Positions 55,302 through 58,317 of a stretch of 58,317 nt of DNA are shown here, piece after piece. The DNA comes from a virus (taxonomy: Duplodnaviria > Caudoviricetes): positions 1-58,317 of IMG/VR virus record IMGVR_UViG_3300050139_000117. The stretch is one strand, 5' to 3'. Position numbers and translations under genes: made by a program. A model generated the notes under the pieces. That model searched no databases, was not told the DNA's origin, and saw only the letters and a list, made by a program, of their open reading frames with translations. Position 1 is the first letter of the stretch. Each line of letters starts with the position of its first letter.

Positions 55302-55981
55302 TTATAACCACCACATTTATTTCTATCACCATTTATTACACTACAAATATTACCTTGACTTAATTTTAATTCTTTAGCTGCTGCATGAGCACTAACCCAT
55401 TCTCTAATCACTTCTCCATCATTTGTCAATTGTAATACTGGTGTTGCATTCCACGATAATGTTCCTTGTTTAGTTTCAGATATTTGTTTCTTTGTTTCTT
55501 CTGAATGACTATTACCAGTATTTCTACCAACTTGACCAATTAATGAATCACTAATTTTTTTTCTTGTAGCTAAACTAGCCTTCTTTCTTTTAATACCACT
55601 TGGACCTTCACCACCATCTGTTTGATTGGTTAATGGACCTGTTTTTGTTTTATATCTCCCAATTACTTTTATAATTTCTTTTTCAAATATAAAAGATGTT
55701 GGTTCATCTAGATTTTCTTTAACCTTAACGATTATTGGATATAAACCTTCATTAAGTATTTTTTTAATTTTGTTATTCTTATATGTGTTTTTCTTTAATG
55801 ATGATGGTCTAAAATGTGTATTTATTCTATCACCAGAGCCTGTTTCATATTTTTGACCTTTACCAACATAAAACGGTTCATAATCAAACTTGTAATCACC
55901 ATATGTATATTCACCTTTTTTATTTGGGTCTAAAAATAAATAAACGTAGTATCTTTCGTGTTCCATGATAATAAATATCAC
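55286..55981 (-). CDS. GIY-YIG-like homing endonuclease with NUMOD3/NUMOD1 motifs
   Basis: YYVYLFLDP...PFYVGKG...GPLTNQTDGGEG...CGGYKW; related to 35944..36699. Confidence 0.82.
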   Translation of the reverse strand: MIFIIMEHERYYVYLFLDPNKKGEYTYGDYKFDYEPFYVGKGQKYETGSGDRINTHFRPSSLKKNTYKNNKIKKILNEGLYPIIVKVKENLDEPTSFIFEKEIIKVIGRYKTKTGPLTNQTDGGEGPSGIKRKKASLATRKKISDSLIGQVGRNTGNSHSEETKKQISETKQGTLSWNATPVLQLTNDGEVIREWVSAHAAAKELKLSQGNICSVINGDRNKCGGYKWKLK

Positions 55982-55999
55982 GAATTAAACGAAAAGTTG

Positions 56000-56434
56000 C
56001 TATTTCACTAATTTATTTAAAAATTCTTCATATTTTCCATTATTTAGTGATTTTAAGTAGTTTTTAAACGATTCTAAATCAGCTTCACCATCATTATACT
56101 TATCGGTTCTAAATGTTGCAATTTCATATTCACCTTCACTAGTGAATACATTTATAACACCAAATGCTTTTCCAGTTGGAAGAGTGCGTAAGCCAGCAGC
56201 TTTCATCATCTTTTCAACTTCATCTGGTACTGCATCAGTGGCTAAATCGAAATCCTTAGGTGTTTTACCCAATAGAGCATCACGTACTGCACCACCAACA
56301 ACATAAAGCTTGTAACCGTTCTTTTTAAAAACGTCTTTTATTTTTAGGATGTCTTCTGGGATGTTCATGTTGAACTTTATTCGTTCTTCCATGATAAGTC
56401 CTTCTCGAAGGATTTGTTTGATATTCTCTTTCAT
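56000..56434 (-). CDS. CCA-adding enzyme/poly(A) polymerase, N-terminal part
   Basis: YVVGGAVRDALLG..PKDFDLATDA.P, GKAFGV, EIATFRTD. Confidence 0.9.
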   Translation of the reverse strand: MKENIKQILREGLIMEERIKFNMNIPEDILKIKDVFKKNGYKLYVVGGAVRDALLGKTPKDFDLATDAVPDEVEKMMKAAGLRTLPTGKAFGVINVFTSEGEYEIATFRTDKYNDGEADLESFKNYLKSLNNGKYEEFLNKLVK

Positions 56435-56452
56435 AATGCAAAGGTAGGTATT

Positions 56453-57466
56453 TTAAATTAAATATCCTAACTTTTCTATTTCTTTCTTTGAAGACAGAAG
56501 TCTCTCATCATAGTTTCCTTTGATTATAACGTACTTCTTATTCAAACGGTCCAACTCAGCCTTAATCATATTAAAGTGTTTCTGACGGTCATTTGGGAAG
56601 TCTCTGGTACCATCATCAACCCATGGAACATCTATATCCATGAGTAGGTATAAATCGAACCATTGATGTTCTATTATATCATCAATTCTAGTATCCTTAT
56701 AGTCTTTTATGTATAATTGCCCAAATAATTTTGTTGTAATTGCTTCAGTATCAACAATTAACCATGGTCTACACACTACTAGGTGTTTCTCTAATAGTAA
56801 TTCATTATGCGTTTCTGCTATATGAAAAAAGTCATCTACTTGTAAATCAGTACCTTTCTTAACCTTTTCTACATATTCCCTACCATATTCTGATATATAA
56901 GAAGTACCCATATCATGTGCCAGCTGCTCTACTAGTGTAGATTTACCTGTAGATTCGGGGCCTACTACTGCTATACGTTTGGTATAGTATGGTTTTACGT
57001 CATCTGGTATGAAATACCAGAACAAATCTGGGTTATTTCGTATCTTGGTACCAGATACTTGGTACGTTTCTCTATTAATATCTACCAAAACGTGTTGTAC
57101 ACCTAAATATTTGGCAAATTCATCACCATATTCTTCAGAAGTGAAGATAGCATCTACTCTAGTCACTCTATTAAACACTGTCGGTACCCAAAAATCATTA
57201 TAAAACTCATCAACTGAGGTACATTCTTCTGGATTTTGAGGATTTTCATCAGTAACATGAATGATTTCAACATTTGTTTGCTTGTCATAAATCATTCTTA
57301 ACCAATTTGCTCTTAATAAACCATTGATTGGTTCCCTTTTAAGTGAACAAATCATAACAAATACCTTTTCACATTGCTCAATAGCAGTATTTATCAAAAA
57401 TAAATGTCCATTATGTGGTGGCATGAACTTTCCGAGTACTAAACCACGCTCAAATTTCTTTTCCAT
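56453..57466 (-). CDS. nadR: NadR-like NMN adenylyltransferase / ribosylnicotinamide kinase
   Basis: GKFMPPHNGH, SGTKIR, GPESTGKSTL, EYGREY, PWVDDGTR. Confidence 0.9.
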   Translation of the reverse strand: MEKKFERGLVLGKFMPPHNGHLFLINTAIEQCEKVFVMICSLKREPINGLLRANWLRMIYDKQTNVEIIHVTDENPQNPEECTSVDEFYNDFWVPTVFNRVTRVDAIFTSEEYGDEFAKYLGVQHVLVDINRETYQVSGTKIRNNPDLFWYFIPDDVKPYYTKRIAVVGPESTGKSTLVEQLAHDMGTSYISEYGREYVEKVKKGTDLQVDDFFHIAETHNELLLEKHLVVCRPWLIVDTEAITTKLFGQLYIKDYKDTRIDDIIEHQWFDLYLLMDIDVPWVDDGTRDFPNDRQKHFNMIKAELDRLNKKYVIIKGNYDERLLSSKKEIEKLGYLI

Positions 57467-57996
57467 GTGCGAAAACCGTTAAGTGATATGAAGAATAAAC
57501 AAATATTTAACCCAGCAATGATATAAACTCCTTGTGATACTAATAAAAAAGCTATTATAACATTATATATCATGAAAAAAGGCCATGCTTGTATGATTTT
57601 CTTGGTTAGATACCAGTTACCTAGTAACGCTATAAGGGTAGTAATACCATCTAAATAGGCATTAAACCACGTTATTTGAGGATTTACTAGTGTATTAACC
57701 TTAGCATATACTACCCCCAGTACCAAACATATAATAAACTGGAAAAAAGCCCTATTAAAAGGTAATTTAGATATTAATAACCCCTCTTTTTGACCCCATT
57801 TATACCATCCTATAGAACACTGTATTATAAATACACTTTGTAGTACTATATTAGCATACATATTGTTTGGTACATATATGATTATCAATGATATAGCACT
57901 AATAATACCTATAGGCCATGCTAGTATATGTTCTCTGGTAGATAAAACTACACATAGTATAGTGCTAATAAGGGCTAATATTTCTATGTAACTCAT
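57439..57996 (-). CDS. pnuC: Nicotinamide riboside transporter
   Basis: Multi-TM, WPIGI, GWYKW, D..TT, W motifs; adjacent to nadR. Confidence 0.85.
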   Translation of the reverse strand: MSYIEILALISTILCVVLSTREHILAWPIGIISAISLIIIYVPNNMYANIVLQSVFIIQCSIGWYKWGQKEGLLISKLPFNRAFFQFIICLVLGVVYAKVNTLVNPQITWFNAYLDGITTLIALLGNWYLTKKIIQAWPFFMIYNVIIAFLLVSQGVYIIAGLNICLFFISLNGFRTWKRNLSVV

Positions 57997-58317
57997 TAAA
58001 ATACAGCCTTTAAGGTAACATAACAACTGTATGGAGCATTAACATATACATACCTAGTATTACCCATCATATATCCACTGGTGTAATACCTAGTATTAGT
58101 GAGGTTTATCCCCTGTATAGAGAAGCTATAGTGTTTATATGTATACCCTATAGTAGTATTTAGTGTTGTAAAGGCTGGTATAGTAGCCGTATTATCACTA
58201 TTAATGAATGATACCGACTGATATCTACCAATTAAGCCAATATTAAAACCTTTTATTGTATATTCCACCCCTTGATTAACTATTACATTAGGGGTATAGA
58301 GAGGAGTGTACTCTTTT
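57996..58317 (-). CDS. TonB-dependent receptor, C-terminal part (runs off window)
   Basis: IPAFTTLN...INLTNTRYY...P...terminal F. Confidence 0.7.
   Translation of the reverse strand, partial: KEYTPLYTPNVIVNQGVEYTIKGFNIGLIGRYQSVSFINSDNTATIPAFTTLNTTIGYTYKHYSFSIQGINLTNTRYYTSGYMMGNTRYVYVNAPYSCYVTLKAVF

Noticed and set aside
55026-55999. Group I intron or intein explanation for the split CCA gene
   Set aside because: The interval is almost fully ORFs with no space for a ribozyme core, and there are no C/S...HN intein ends. RT-PCR would settle it.
1-58317. Stop-codon reassignment (alternative genetic code)
   Set aside because: Long genes read intact in code 11 and TAA, TAG and TGA each end genes; no clean CTA suppressor tRNA was seen.
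1-58317. CRISPR array or rRNA
   Set aside because: No regularly spaced direct repeats or rRNA signatures; recurring CAAAGGTA is a promoter and TTCGAA is the tRNA T-loop.

Overview
This AT-rich window looks like part of a large (jumbo-type) phage genome infecting Bacteroidota. Most genes lie on the minus strand behind repeated Bacteroidota-type TAnnTTTG promoters, and a second motif, ATATTTAT, precedes other genes. It encodes RNA/tRNA repair enzymes (Rnl1- and Rnl2-like ligases, PNK-CPDase, 2H phosphoesterase, a split CCA-adding enzyme, Pth2-like), NAD/ADP-ribose enzymes (PARP, two ART-like proteins, NADAR, NUDIX, TonB receptor-PnuC-NadR), a DNA ligase and many homing endonucleases. A 5.8-kb cargo-carrying IS1595 element interrupts a GIY-YIG gene. 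There are about 30 tRNA or tRNA-like genes. The standout is that two tRNA arrays are each preceded by an unannotated leader peptide with a terminator/antiterminator pair. For the 20-gene array, 17 of leader codons 2-19 are read by tRNAs in that array. This suggests a ribosome-stalling attenuator that switches on replacement tRNAs when those tRNAs are depleted. The array also holds canonical and long-variable-arm twins of the same anticodon, and four tRNAs whose D-loop appears moved 3' of the anticodon arm. All calls are by eye; no database searches were run.
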